Source of the DNA: Pseudomonadota bacterium
GTDB lineage: Bacteria; Pseudomonadota; Alphaproteobacteria; Caulobacterales; Parvularculaceae
Length of the DNA: 64,000 nt
Direction of reading: 5' to 3'
Assembly (NCBI GenBank): GCA_039183635.1
Contig: JBCDBL010000002.1
Span: forward strand, 802 to 64,801
Positions 17,612-26,879 of the stretch are shown one piece after another. A model generated the notes under the pieces. That model was not told the DNA's origin, did no database searches, and saw only the letters and a list, made by a program, of their open reading frames with translations. A program made the position numbers and the translations under genes. Every line of letters starts with the position of its first letter. The stretch's first letter is position 1.

Positions 17612-18847
17612 TTATTCCGCCGCCTGGGCAGGCGACGCCGGCGCGCCAACGGCGCCGTCAGCGACAAGTTCGTCAATCTTTTGTTGATCATACCCAAGAC
17701 TGTGCAAAACCTCGCATGTGTGCTGACCAAGAACAGGCGCGCCGGTTTTCACCTCCGCCGGTGTTTCTGAAAACCGAATAGGGCACCCAAGGGTTTTGAC
17801 GCGCCCAAGCGTTTGGTGTTCAACCTCCGTCACCATACCGCGCGCTTCGATTTGCGGGTCCTCAAGCATCTCTTTTACAGAATTGATCGGCCCCGTCGGC
17901 ACGCCAGCAGCATCCAGTACGGCCATCCAGTGAGCTTTCGGCTTTACAATGAAAATATCGCTCAGCGTTTCAATTAAAACGTCGAGATTTTCCACCCGCG
18001 CCGGATTATCAACAAAGCGCGGATCGTCCGCCAGATGCGGCGCGCCGATCGCTTTAACAAGCCGCAGCCAGTTGGCCTGGTTCGCAGCCCCCACCATGAC
18101 CCAACCGTCCGAGGCCTCAAACGCCTGGTAGGGCGCATCAAGAGGGTGCGCAGTCCCCATAGGCTTGGAAATTTCACCGTCGGCGAAATACATCGCCGCC
18201 GGCCAAGCCATATAAGATGCACACGCCTCAAATAATGAAGTGTCCACCTTCTGGCCGCGGCCGGTTTTGCGACGGTGCTCAAGCGCCGCCAGAATGCCAA
18301 TGACGCCATAAAGCCCGGCGCTGATGTCGCCCACGGGCACCCCGGCCTTGACCGGCGGGCGTCCCGGCCCTTCGCCCGTCACGCTGAGCACACCGCCCAT
18401 AGCCTGGGCGACGACGTCGAAACCACCGCGATCGGCATAGGGTCCGGTGCGGCCGAACCCTGAAATCTCACAATAAATTAAGCCAGGGTTCGCCGCAGTC
18501 AACGCATCGTAACCCGCGCCGAGTTTTTCCATAGTTCCCTTACGGAAATTTTCGATGAGAACATCTGCGTCTTTACATAAATCGAGTAAAACCTGTTTGC
18601 CGCCGTCGGTCTTCAAATTGACCGCAATGCCGCGCTTGTTGCGGTTCAACATCAAGAAACCAGCCGCCTCATCCCCTTGCCAGGGCGGCGCCATGCGTCG
18701 GCAATCTTCGCCTTCAAGACGTTCCAGTTTCACAACATCAGCGCCCATATCAGCGAGCATGCGCCCGCAGGTGGGGCCGGCCATCACATGGGCCAGTTCG
18801 ATGACCCGAAGGCCGGCAAGTGGTCCAAAAGTCTGCGTGTCGCCCAT
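17612..18847 (-). CDS. Family III CoA-transferase (CaiB/BaiF/Frc-like)
   Basis: N-terminus MGDTQTFGPLAGLRVIELAHVMAGPTCGRMLADMGADVVKLE. I chose the ATG at 18847, 1 nt after the crotonase stop, rather than the ORF-track start at 18943. Confidence 0.85.
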   Translation of the reverse strand: MGDTQTFGPLAGLRVIELAHVMAGPTCGRMLADMGADVVKLERLEGEDCRRMAPPWQGDEAAGFLMLNRNKRGIAVNLKTDGGKQVLLDLCKDADVLIENFRKGTMEKLGAGYDALTAANPGLIYCEISGFGRTGPYADRGGFDVVAQAMGGVLSVTGEGPGRPPVKAGVPVGDISAGLYGVIGILAALEHRRKTGRGQKVDTSLFEACASYMAWPAAMYFADGEISKPMGTAHPLDAPYQAFEASDGWVMVGAANQANWLRLVKAIGAPHLADDPRFVDNPARVENLDVLIETLSDIFIVKPKAHWMAVLDAAGVPTGPINSVKEMLEDPQIEARGMVTEVEHQTLGRVKTLGCPIRFSETPAEVKTGAPVLGQHTCEVLHSLGYDQQKIDELVADGAVGAPASPAQAAE

Positions 18848-18848
18848 G

Positions 18849-19625
18849 TCAGCGCCCCTTGAAGACCGGCTTTTCCTTCGCCAGAAAGCTGCGGTAGCCG
18901 GTTTTGTAATCCTCGGTCTCGAAACTGAGATAATGCTCGTCATAATCTTCGTCCGTCAGCGGACGGGGGTCCTGCAGACGATCAAAAAACTTTTTGTGCC
19001 AACGATTGACGAGCGGCGGCCCGTCTGCGATCGCCCGGGCGATCGCCGCGATCTCTTCGTCCAGAGCAGCAGCCTCGACGACGCGGTTAACAATGCCGCG
19101 CTGTTTGGCGTCCGCAGCATCGATGATGCGCCCTTCGACCAGAAACTCGAACATGGTCGGGCGATCTGCAATGCGCCAGATCGGAAGCATTTCTTCATAG
19201 GCCATTGTGAGGCCGAGACGGTTCAGCGGCGCGCCGAAGCGACTGTCGGAACTGGCGATGCGCATATCGCACATGGCGGCGATTTCCAGGCCCCCGCCGA
19301 CACAGGCGCCTTTTACCCGGGCGATCACCGGATGGGGGCAGGCGAGCATGGCCGTACGGCCGCGGTTCATAATGTCGGACAGGGCCCGCGCCCGCTCGGC
19401 GTTCGACCTGTGCTCTTCGAACTCGCTGATGTCATTGCCGGGGCAAAACCCGCGATCGCCTGCGCCGGTGACGATCACGCAGCGTACAGTATCGTCGGCG
19501 TTCAACGCTTCCCATGTCTCGGCGAAAGCGATCCACATATCGCGCGTCATGGCGTTAAGCTTGCCAGGATTATTAAGCGTTATCGTGACGACATCGCCGG
19601 CGCGCGCTTGGTCTATGGATCCCAT
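18849..19625 (-). CDS. Enoyl-CoA hydratase/isomerase (crotonase family)
   Basis: 258-aa product. VIVTGAGDRGFCPGNDISEF and ACVGGGLEIAAMCD are crotonase oxyanion-hole blocks. Confidence 0.85.
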   Translation of the reverse strand: MGSIDQARAGDVVTITLNNPGKLNAMTRDMWIAFAETWEALNADDTVRCVIVTGAGDRGFCPGNDISEFEEHRSNAERARALSDIMNRGRTAMLACPHPVIARVKGACVGGGLEIAAMCDMRIASSDSRFGAPLNRLGLTMAYEEMLPIWRIADRPTMFEFLVEGRIIDAADAKQRGIVNRVVEAAALDEEIAAIARAIADGPPLVNRWHKKFFDRLQDPRPLTDEDYDEHYLSFETEDYKTGYRSFLAKEKPVFKGR

Positions 19626-19807
19626 AATTACCTATTTCTATTGCTTTGCATGACTTTTACATCATATTGCATACAAAAATACAAATTTAAAAAACAATTC
19701 ATACGATATTCGCCTCGTATTTTCCGTAAGATATTATAAAGTCAAGAAAATCAGGCATAGCATGCGGACAGGCGCCGCCTGCACTTAATTGACATCGGTG
19801 ATCACCC

Positions 19808-20626
19808 ATGAAGCTATATGTATCGGCGGACATCGAAGGCGTCGCCGGCGTCGTCAGCCCGGATCAAACGCTGCAAACCGGGTTCGAGTATGAGACAGCC
19901 CGGCGCTGGATGACGGAAGAAACCCTGGCGGTGTGCGAAGCGGCCCTGGACAACGGTGTCACTCATATCGTTGTCAGCGATTCCCACGGCAACGGGCAAA
20001 ATCTACTGCTCGACGCCTTCCCGTCGTCCGTAGAGATCGTGCGGAACTGGCCCCGCCCCCTTGGTATGATGCAAGGGATAGAAGATGGCGACTATGTCGG
20101 GGCGATCCTTCTCGGCTATCATACGGGCGCTCACCACAGCGGCGGCGTGCTCGCCCACACAATGGCCGGCCGGATCTTTACCGAACTGCGCCTCAACGGT
20201 CGCCCCGCTTCGGAAACCATGCTGAGCGCGGCGATCGCGGGGCATTTCGCAACGCCTGTTTTGATGGCCACCGGCGACCGGGATTACGTTATACATGCCG
20301 AGGAGCTTCTCGGCGACATCGTATGCGTTGAAACAAAAACCGGATACGGACGAATTTCAGCACGCACGCTGACCCCGAACGCCGCTTGCGAAAAACTCGC
20401 CGCAGCCGTCCCCAAGGCCCTCGACCGCAGAGGACGTACGCCGTTTAAAATCGAAACGCCGGTGGTTCTGGAAGTGGATTTTCAGCGCCATCTCGGGGCG
20501 GAGCTTTTATCTTATCTCCCGGGGGTGGAGCGTACGGCCTCCAAAACCATACGATTTGAAGGCGCGGACATGACAAACATCTCGAAATTCCTCGCCGTCG
20601 TCGCCCATTACTCTTACAGCTTGTAA
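19808..20626 (+). CDS. Peptidase M55 D-aminopeptidase (DppA-like)
   Basis: N-terminus MKLYVSADIEGVAGV and SDSHGNG motif, as in Bacillus DppA. 272-aa product. Confidence 0.8.
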   Translation: MKLYVSADIEGVAGVVSPDQTLQTGFEYETARRWMTEETLAVCEAALDNGVTHIVVSDSHGNGQNLLLDAFPSSVEIVRNWPRPLGMMQGIEDGDYVGAILLGYHTGAHHSGGVLAHTMAGRIFTELRLNGRPASETMLSAAIAGHFATPVLMATGDRDYVIHAEELLGDIVCVETKTGYGRISARTLTPNAACEKLAAAVPKALDRRGRTPFKIETPVVLEVDFQRHLGAELLSYLPGVERTASKTIRFEGADMTNISKFLAVVAHYSYSL

Positions 20627-20629
20627 GTA

Positions 20630-21451
20630 TTAGGCGCCTTTGAAATAGGCAATGATTTTCTCCGTAGAAACGCCGGCGCCGGACAGGCTCCAGCCGCCGT
20701 CCACGGGCAAAACGACGCCACTGATATAAGCGGCGGCCGGAGACGCCAGGAAGAGCGCAGCATCACCCACTTCCTCAGCCCCGCCGAAACGTTTTAAAGG
20801 CACTGTCTCGACGATCATTTCCTTCAACTCATCGCCGGGCGCGAGGCGGTCCATACCCTCGGTGTCTTTGATCGGTCCGGGTACGATGGAATTGACGCGC
20901 ACGCCCTCCGGCCCCCATTCCATGGCGAGGACGCGGGTGATCATATCGACGCCGGCTTTGGCGGCGCAGACATGGGCCTGCATCTGCATGGGCGCGAAGG
21001 TCTGGGGCGCGGAGATATTGATGAACGCAGCGCCCGGCTTTTCCGCATAAGCATAAGCCGCCTTCATCACATGGAACGTGCCGAGCACGTCGATATCCAT
21101 AACGGATTTAAATCCGTTGGGGGACAAATCCGCCGCGGGCGCGGGAAAATTTCCCGCCGCGCCGGACACGACGGCGTTGAACGGTCCGTGGGCCTCCGCC
21201 GCCGCTTTCAGGGCGGCGTCGACGGCGTCGCTGTCGCGGACATCGGCCGCAAAGCCCGCCGCCGCACCGGCGCCCGCCTCTTTTAAAATCGCAACCGCCG
21301 CATCGACCTTGTCCTGGCTGCGGCTCATCACGGCGACCTTGGCGCCGGCCTCGGCAAATCGCCTGGCGATGCCGAGATTAATACCGCTTGTGCCGCCGGC
21401 CACGAAGACCGACGCGCCGGAAAAGTCGAACCTTACGGGAGCGGAGGTCAT
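20630..21451 (-). CDS. SDR oxidoreductase, 2,4-dienoyl-CoA-reductase-like
   Basis: VAGGTSGINLGIA cofactor site. AAKAGVDMITRVLAMEWGPEGVRVNSIVPGPIKDTEG closely parallels the DECR-type active-site region. I chose the ATG at 21451, preceded by AAAGGA, instead of 21565. Confidence 0.85.
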   Translation of the reverse strand: MTSAPVRFDFSGASVFVAGGTSGINLGIARRFAEAGAKVAVMSRSQDKVDAAVAILKEAGAGAAAGFAADVRDSDAVDAALKAAAEAHGPFNAVVSGAAGNFPAPAADLSPNGFKSVMDIDVLGTFHVMKAAYAYAEKPGAAFINISAPQTFAPMQMQAHVCAAKAGVDMITRVLAMEWGPEGVRVNSIVPGPIKDTEGMDRLAPGDELKEMIVETVPLKRFGGAEEVGDAALFLASPAAAYISGVVLPVDGGWSLSGAGVSTEKIIAYFKGA

Positions 21452-21464
21452 GGCGCGTCCTTTC

Positions 21465-23651
21465 TTATTCCGCCGCCTGCATGGCGGGCGCATCGTCAGG
21501 ATAGAACCGTTCGCCCTTCGCCACCATATCGCGCAGCATCTGCGGCGGCTCGAACCGTTTGCCATATTTTCCGGTCAACTCTTCGCAATCGGCCAGGAAC
21601 GCCGGCAGGCCGATTGTTTCGGCGTAGGAAATCACCCCGCCGTGGAATGGCGCAAACCCCCATCCGAAGATCGATCCTATGTCCGCATCGTCCGCCGCTG
21701 TGACGACTCCCTCCTCCATACAGCGCATGGTCTCGATAGACTGAATGTGCAGGAAGCGTTTTTTCAACTCATCAATACTCGGCTGGTCCTCTTTAGCTGG
21801 GAAACGGGCGCTAACCTCAGGCCAGATGCTGGTTTTCTTATTCGCATCGTCATACTCGTAAAAGCCCTTGCCGATTTTCTGGCCATAGCGTTTTTGATCG
21901 TCGACGATCCAATTCAAAACCTCCATCGCTTCGAACGGCTCGCCGCGTTTTTTCATCTCCTCTTCGCCGACCTCGCGGATGGTTTCGTGGATGATCTTAT
22001 GCCCGGTGTCGATGCCGACCATATCGATCAGCTCCAACGGCCCCATGGGCATGCCGGACGCCTTACCGGCGTTTTCAATGAGGGCCGGGTTTACGCCCTC
22101 GGTCAACATCATAAAGCCCTCCCGGGTATAGGTGCCGAAGACGCGGCTTGTGTAGAACCCGCGGCTGTCGTTGACGACAATCGGCGTTTTCTTGATGAGC
22201 TTTACGTAATCCATCGCCACCGCCGCAGCGTGGTCGGATGTTTTTTCGCCACGAATGATCTCCACAAGGGGCATTTTCTCAACCGGCGAGAAAAAGTGTA
22301 TGCCGACGAAATCGTCGGGGCGGGACGCCGCTTCGGCGAGCCCCGTAATCGGCAGGGTCGAAGTGTTGGTGCCGAAGACGTGGCCTTCGTCCGTCGCTTC
22401 TTCCGTCGCCTTCGTCACTTTCGCCTTGATGCCGCGATCCTCAAAAACAGCTTCGATAGTGAGCTGCGCGCCTTTCAGGTCGGCGTAATCCGTCGTTGAA
22501 TGAACGCGGGCGACAATGGCGTCCGCCTCTTCCTGGGTCAGGCGTTTCTTCTCAACCTGACGGGCGAAGTAATTGACCACATGCTGCCGGCCACGCTCCG
22601 CAGCTTCCGCGTTGATGTCGAGGAGATAAACGTCGCAACCGGCTTGCGCCGTACAGCTGGCGATGCCGGCGCCCATCACGCCAGCGCCGAGAACGGCCAC
22701 CTTTGTGAATTGCGTATCGGGAACGCCTTTGGGACGCTTTTCAAGTTTATTGGCGGCGTTGCGGCCGAACCAAAGCGTCCGGATCATATTTTTCGCCACA
22801 TCGCCGCTGAAGAGGGACGTAAACTGACGGCCTTCGAAAGCGAGCGCCTTATCCATATGCAATTGCAGTCCGTGATACACGCAGGCCATGATGCGCTGTG
22901 GCGAGGGATAATTGCCCTGTGTCTGCTGGCGCAGCATCGTGCCGCCGGCTGCAAAAGTCTCCGTCCACTCGCGCCCGTGAATACGGCCACCTGGCGGGGT
23001 CCACCCCTTTTCGTCCCAGGGCGCCTTCGCCGGAACCTTGCCGTCGAGGATGGCGGCCTTGGCCGCAGCGAGCAATTGATCGTGGGCGACGACCTCGTGC
23101 ACGACGCCGAACTTCAAGGCCTTGTCGGCGCGCATGTTTTTGCCCGTCGTCAAGTACGGCAGACAATCGCGAGGCCCCATGATCCTGGCGAGACGCTGGG
23201 TGCCGCCGGCGCCGGGCAACAGACCAAGCATGACCTCAGGAAGGCCGAGCTTAGCGCCCTTTTTGTCCGTCATCACCCGATAGCGGCAGCACAACGCCGT
23301 CTCCAGGCCACCGCCCAGAGCATCGCCGTTGACGGCGGCGACGGTGGGCTTTTCAGTGATCTCAATCTCACGGAAAAAACGCGTCAGGGTTTGGTTTTGT
23401 TCGAAGATCTCCGCCGGCGCGGAGTCGCGCAGCCGCCAGAGCATGTTGATGTCGGCGCCGACGATGAACTCGTCCCGCGCCGAGGTGACGATGATCCCCT
23501 TGACGGCGTCGTCCTCCACCAGCTTGCGCCACTCTTTTTCATAGGCCAGAAGAACTTCTTCCGACAGAACATTCATGGGATAGCCCTGCATGTCCCATGT
23601 GATGACGGCGACGCCGTCTGAATCGATTTCGGTTTTTAACAGGTCGGCCAT
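21465..23651 (-). CDS. fadB: Multifunctional fatty-acid oxidation alpha subunit (enoyl-CoA hydratase / 3-hydroxyacyl-CoA dehydrogenase)
   Basis: 728-aa product. N-terminal crotonase domain and central NAD site VAVLGAGVMGAGIA. Located immediately downstream of the thiolase gene on the minus strand. Confidence 0.9.
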   Translation of the reverse strand: MADLLKTEIDSDGVAVITWDMQGYPMNVLSEEVLLAYEKEWRKLVEDDAVKGIIVTSARDEFIVGADINMLWRLRDSAPAEIFEQNQTLTRFFREIEITEKPTVAAVNGDALGGGLETALCCRYRVMTDKKGAKLGLPEVMLGLLPGAGGTQRLARIMGPRDCLPYLTTGKNMRADKALKFGVVHEVVAHDQLLAAAKAAILDGKVPAKAPWDEKGWTPPGGRIHGREWTETFAAGGTMLRQQTQGNYPSPQRIMACVYHGLQLHMDKALAFEGRQFTSLFSGDVAKNMIRTLWFGRNAANKLEKRPKGVPDTQFTKVAVLGAGVMGAGIASCTAQAGCDVYLLDINAEAAERGRQHVVNYFARQVEKKRLTQEEADAIVARVHSTTDYADLKGAQLTIEAVFEDRGIKAKVTKATEEATDEGHVFGTNTSTLPITGLAEAASRPDDFVGIHFFSPVEKMPLVEIIRGEKTSDHAAAVAMDYVKLIKKTPIVVNDSRGFYTSRVFGTYTREGFMMLTEGVNPALIENAGKASGMPMGPLELIDMVGIDTGHKIIHETIREVGEEEMKKRGEPFEAMEVLNWIVDDQKRYGQKIGKGFYEYDDANKKTSIWPEVSARFPAKEDQPSIDELKKRFLHIQSIETMRCMEEGVVTAADDADIGSIFGWGFAPFHGGVISYAETIGLPAFLADCEELTGKYGKRFEPPQMLRDMVAKGERFYPDDAPAMQAAE

Positions 23652-23697
23652 GTGCGGCGTCCTTTCTCGGTAATCAGAAAATCAAAACGAAAACGCC

Positions 23698-24909
23698 TTA
23701 GTTGACGCGTTCGACAACCGTGGCGATGCCCATGCCGCTGCCGATGCACAACGTCGCAAGACCCGTTTCGAGGTCGCGGCGCTCCATCTCGTCCACAAGC
23801 GTGCCGAGAATCATCGCGCCTGTCGCGCCCAACGGGTGGCCCATCGCAATGGCGCCGCCATTGACGTTGATCTTGTCATGGGGAATGCTCAACTGATCCA
23901 TATACCGAAGAACGACCGCGGCGAAGGCCTCGTTCAACTCCCACAAATCAATGTCAGAGGCGGTCATACCGGTCCGCTCAAACAGGCGGAACGTCGCATC
24001 GCCCGGCCCTGTGAGCATGATGGTCGGCTCCGAGCCGATGGTTGCGAAAGCTTTCACGCGAGCGCGGGGCTTCAGACCCGCCTTTTCGCCGCCTTCCTTA
24101 GAGCCGATCAGAACAGCAGCGGCGCCGTCGACGATGCCGGACGAGTTGCCGGCGTGGTGGCGGTATTCGATTTTTTCAAGCTCGGGATACCGCTGAACCG
24201 CGACGGCGCCCATGCCCGCGAACTCTCCCATCAACTCGAAGGACGGCTTTAACGAGGCCAGAGACTGCATATCCGTTTCCGGCCGCATGTATTCATCATG
24301 ATCGAGAAGAGTCAGCCCGTTTTCATCCGTTACAGGAACAACGGATTTCTCAAAGCGCCCCTCATCCCACGCTGTTTTGGCGCGCTTTTGGCTTTCCACC
24401 GCATAGGAATCGAGATCGTCCCGGGAAAATCCATATTTCGTCGCCATAAGATCCGCAGCAACGCCTTGGGTAAGAAAGTAATTTGGCAATGACAGCAGGG
24501 GATCGGCCGCCAAAGGCATGCCGGTATCTCCGATCTGGACCCGGCTCATGCACTCAACGCCGCCGCCGATGACGAAATCGGATTGGCCCGACATGACGCG
24601 GGAGGCGGCCTGGTTGCAGGCCTCAAGACCGGAAGAACAGAAACGGTTCACCTGCACCCCGCCGACGGTTTGGTCGTAGCCGGCGTCGATCGCCGCCGTC
24701 CGGGGCACATTACCGCCTTGGTCGCCAATGGGCTCGACGATGCCGAAGACAACGTCGTCCACCAAAGTCGTATCGAGATTGTTGCGCGTCTGGAGCGCTT
24801 GCAGCACCTCCACCGACAACATATTCGGCGAGGCTTCCGTCAAAGCCCCGTCTTTCTTACCCTTGCCGCGCGGCGTGCGCACTGCGTCATATATATATGC
24901 GTCCGTCAT
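23698..24909 (-). CDS. fadA: Acetyl-CoA C-acyltransferase (3-ketoacyl-CoA thiolase)
   Basis: Active-site Cys context [12 protein letters not shown]-terminal [17 protein letters not shown] and CIGSGMG. Confidence 0.9.
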   Translation of the reverse strand: MTDAYIYDAVRTPRGKGKKDGALTEASPNMLSVEVLQALQTRNNLDTTLVDDVVFGIVEPIGDQGGNVPRTAAIDAGYDQTVGGVQVNRFCSSGLEACNQAASRVMSGQSDFVIGGGVECMSRVQIGDTGMPLAADPLLSLPNYFLTQGVAADLMATKYGFSRDDLDSYAVESQKRAKTAWDEGRFEKSVVPVTDENGLTLLDHDEYMRPETDMQSLASLKPSFELMGEFAGMGAVAVQRYPELEKIEYRHHAGNSSGIVDGAAAVLIGSKEGGEKAGLKPRARVKAFATIGSEPTIMLTGPGDATFRLFERTGMTASDIDLWELNEAFAAVVLRYMDQLSIPHDKINVNGGAIAMGHPLGATGAMILGTLVDEMERRDLETGLATLCIGSGMGIATVVERVN

Positions 24910-24937
24910 AGGATGATCCTGTTATTAAGGTGAAAAG

Positions 24938-26098
24938 CTAAAGAGATCTGGAAATGATCTCTTTCATTATTTCCGTGGTGCCGCCGTAAATGCGCTGCAC
25001 CCGGGCGTCAGCGTATCCGCGGGCGATGGGGTATTCCCACATATATCCGTACCCGCCGTGAATTTGCACCGCCTCGTCCACAACCCGGCAGAGCATTTCC
25101 GAAGTGGTGTATTTGGCCATGGCCGCGTTATCGATATCGAGCTTCTTGTCAAGCTCCAGTTCGAGACACCGGTCCACGAACACCCGCGCGATTTCGATCT
25201 CGGTTTTCATTTCGGCGAGCTTGAACCGCGTGTTCTGGAATTTCCCGATTGCCCGACCGAAGGCTGTACGATCCTGGGAGTAAGCATGCGCCTCTTTAAA
25301 GGCCATCTCCGCGCCGGCGACGCAAGCGATGGCGATCATAAGGCGCTCCCAGGCAAGCTCCGCCATCAACATCAAAAACGCGCCAGACGGTTCGCCAAGA
25401 AGGTTTGTCTTCGGCACGCGAACATCGGAAAAATGAAGTTGCGCCGTATCTTGAGCTTTCATGCCGACTTTTTTGAACGGCTTTTCTTTTGTAAAACCGT
25501 CGCGCCCCGCCTCGACGATTATGAGAGACATTTGGTCGGCGCCGCCTTTGGGATCGCCGGTCTTGGCGACAACAATGACGTGGTCGCACATATAGCCGTT
25601 CGTGATGAATATTTTCGACCCGTTGATGACGTATTCGTCGCCGTCTTCAACCGCCGTCGTCTTCACCGCTTGAAGGTCGGAGCCTGTGCCCGGTTCCGTC
25701 ATGGCGACGGCGCCGATCTTTTCCCCCCGCGCCATCTGAGGCAGCCAGTGTTTCTTCTGCGCCTCAGTGCCGTAATTCAAGATGTATGGCGCGATAATGT
25801 CGGAGTGCAGGCTGAACCCGGGACCAGTGGCGCCGATGATCGATAATTCTTCAAGGATGATGGCGCTGTAGCGCCGATCGACGCCGGAACCGCCATACGC
25901 TTCCGGCATGGTTGGACAAAGAAAGCCGGCCGCGCCGGCCTTTGTCCACAACTCCCGATCCACATGCCCCTGATCTTCCCAACGCTCATGGTGAGGGACG
26001 ATCTCTTTTTCCGCGAATTTACGGAAGTTTTCCCGAAACATATCATGTTCTTCGGTGAACAATGTGCGCGGTATCAACGGCTGCTCCTTAAAAATCAT
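24938..26098 (-). CDS. Acyl-CoA dehydrogenase
   Basis: 386-aa product. C-terminal signature QIHGGYGYMWEYPIARGYADARVQRIYGGTTEIMKEII. Confidence 0.9.
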   Translation of the reverse strand: MIFKEQPLIPRTLFTEEHDMFRENFRKFAEKEIVPHHERWEDQGHVDRELWTKAGAAGFLCPTMPEAYGGSGVDRRYSAIILEELSIIGATGPGFSLHSDIIAPYILNYGTEAQKKHWLPQMARGEKIGAVAMTEPGTGSDLQAVKTTAVEDGDEYVINGSKIFITNGYMCDHVIVVAKTGDPKGGADQMSLIIVEAGRDGFTKEKPFKKVGMKAQDTAQLHFSDVRVPKTNLLGEPSGAFLMLMAELAWERLMIAIACVAGAEMAFKEAHAYSQDRTAFGRAIGKFQNTRFKLAEMKTEIEIARVFVDRCLELELDKKLDIDNAAMAKYTTSEMLCRVVDEAVQIHGGYGYMWEYPIARGYADARVQRIYGGTTEIMKEIISRSL

Positions 26099-26186
26099 TG
26101 TATTGACGAGGGTGCGAATTTTACATACATTATGTACTGCAAATTTATGAAAAGCAAGGCGTCACACGTGCGAATGGCGCCTCAAA

Positions 26187-26879
26187 ATGATAAGAAGCCG
26201 CGTTATGGCGTTGAACGAAGCAAAGACGGCGAAACGCACCCAGGAGCAACGCAGTCGCGAGATGCGACAGCGCCTGATCGAGGCGACGCTTGCCTGCCTT
26301 GAGGCGGATGGATACGCCGGCGCCACGATCAGCCGCGTTGTGGAAAGCGCTGGCGTATCCCGGGGGGCGCATTTGCACCACTTCGAATCGAAGGCGGCGC
26401 TCCTCCATGCGGCGGCGGAACACCTTATGAAGTCGGTGTTCCGTGAACTTGGACGCATCGTCCTGTCCGTGGAAAACGCCGAAGATCGGCTGCCCATCCT
26501 GATCGACGCCATTTGGGAACAAGTGTTCTGCTCCCGTGACGGCAAGGTTATTTTAGAGCTCTTGATCGCCGCCCGGACCGATAAAGAACTGGCGGCGCAC
26601 CTTCAAAAACTCTTCTTGCGTTTGCGGGAGATGTTCGCTGAAGCTGCAAAACATTATTTCACCGCCGCGCCTGGCCTGTCTTTGGAAGTCGAGGATATTT
26701 TTCTCCAAAGCCAATGGCTGCTGCGCGGCATGCTTCTCGATTATCCATTGGTGGACGATCCCAACGCCTTTCGCACAAGCTTAGACAACTGGACAAAAAT
26801 GGCGCAAAGCCTTGTCATTGCGCGTACGGACGTTACGGGACCGCCTCCGAAGCCGGATTGGTGGGATGAACAGCTCTAA
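26187..26879 (+). CDS. TetR-family transcriptional regulator
   Basis: HTH region TLACLEADGYAGATISRVVESAGVSRGAHLHHFESKAALL. Divergent from the acyl-CoA dehydrogenase gene. An alternative start lies at 26205. Confidence 0.85.
   Translation: MIRSRVMALNEAKTAKRTQEQRSREMRQRLIEATLACLEADGYAGATISRVVESAGVSRGAHLHHFESKAALLHAAAEHLMKSVFRELGRIVLSVENAEDRLPILIDAIWEQVFCSRDGKVILELLIAARTDKELAAHLQKLFLRLREMFAEAAKHYFTAAPGLSLEVEDIFLQSQWLLRGMLLDYPLVDDPNAFRTSLDNWTKMAQSLVIARTDVTGPPPKPDWWDEQL

Noticed and set aside
18555-19739. 394-aa plus-strand ORF spanning the CoA-transferase/crotonase junction
   Set aside because: It is antisense to two well-supported genes, has no motifs, and crosses an intergenic junction. This is a shadow ORF. 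The same reasoning applies to 42345..43271, 54021..54764, 25058..25846, 12314..13087, 14128..14817 and 35431..36160.
21078-23621. Two long plus-strand ORFs (21078..22499 and 22500..23621) antisense to fadB
   Set aside because: The products are Arg/Ala/Gly-rich and low in complexity, with no motifs. The minus-strand product has unmistakable FadB domains.
26120-26150. TACAT-N5-ATGTA dyad between the acyl-CoA dehydrogenase gene and tetR as a TetR operator
   Set aside because: The arms are only 5 bp. It is plausible but too short to distinguish from chance by eye, so it is not listed as a feature.
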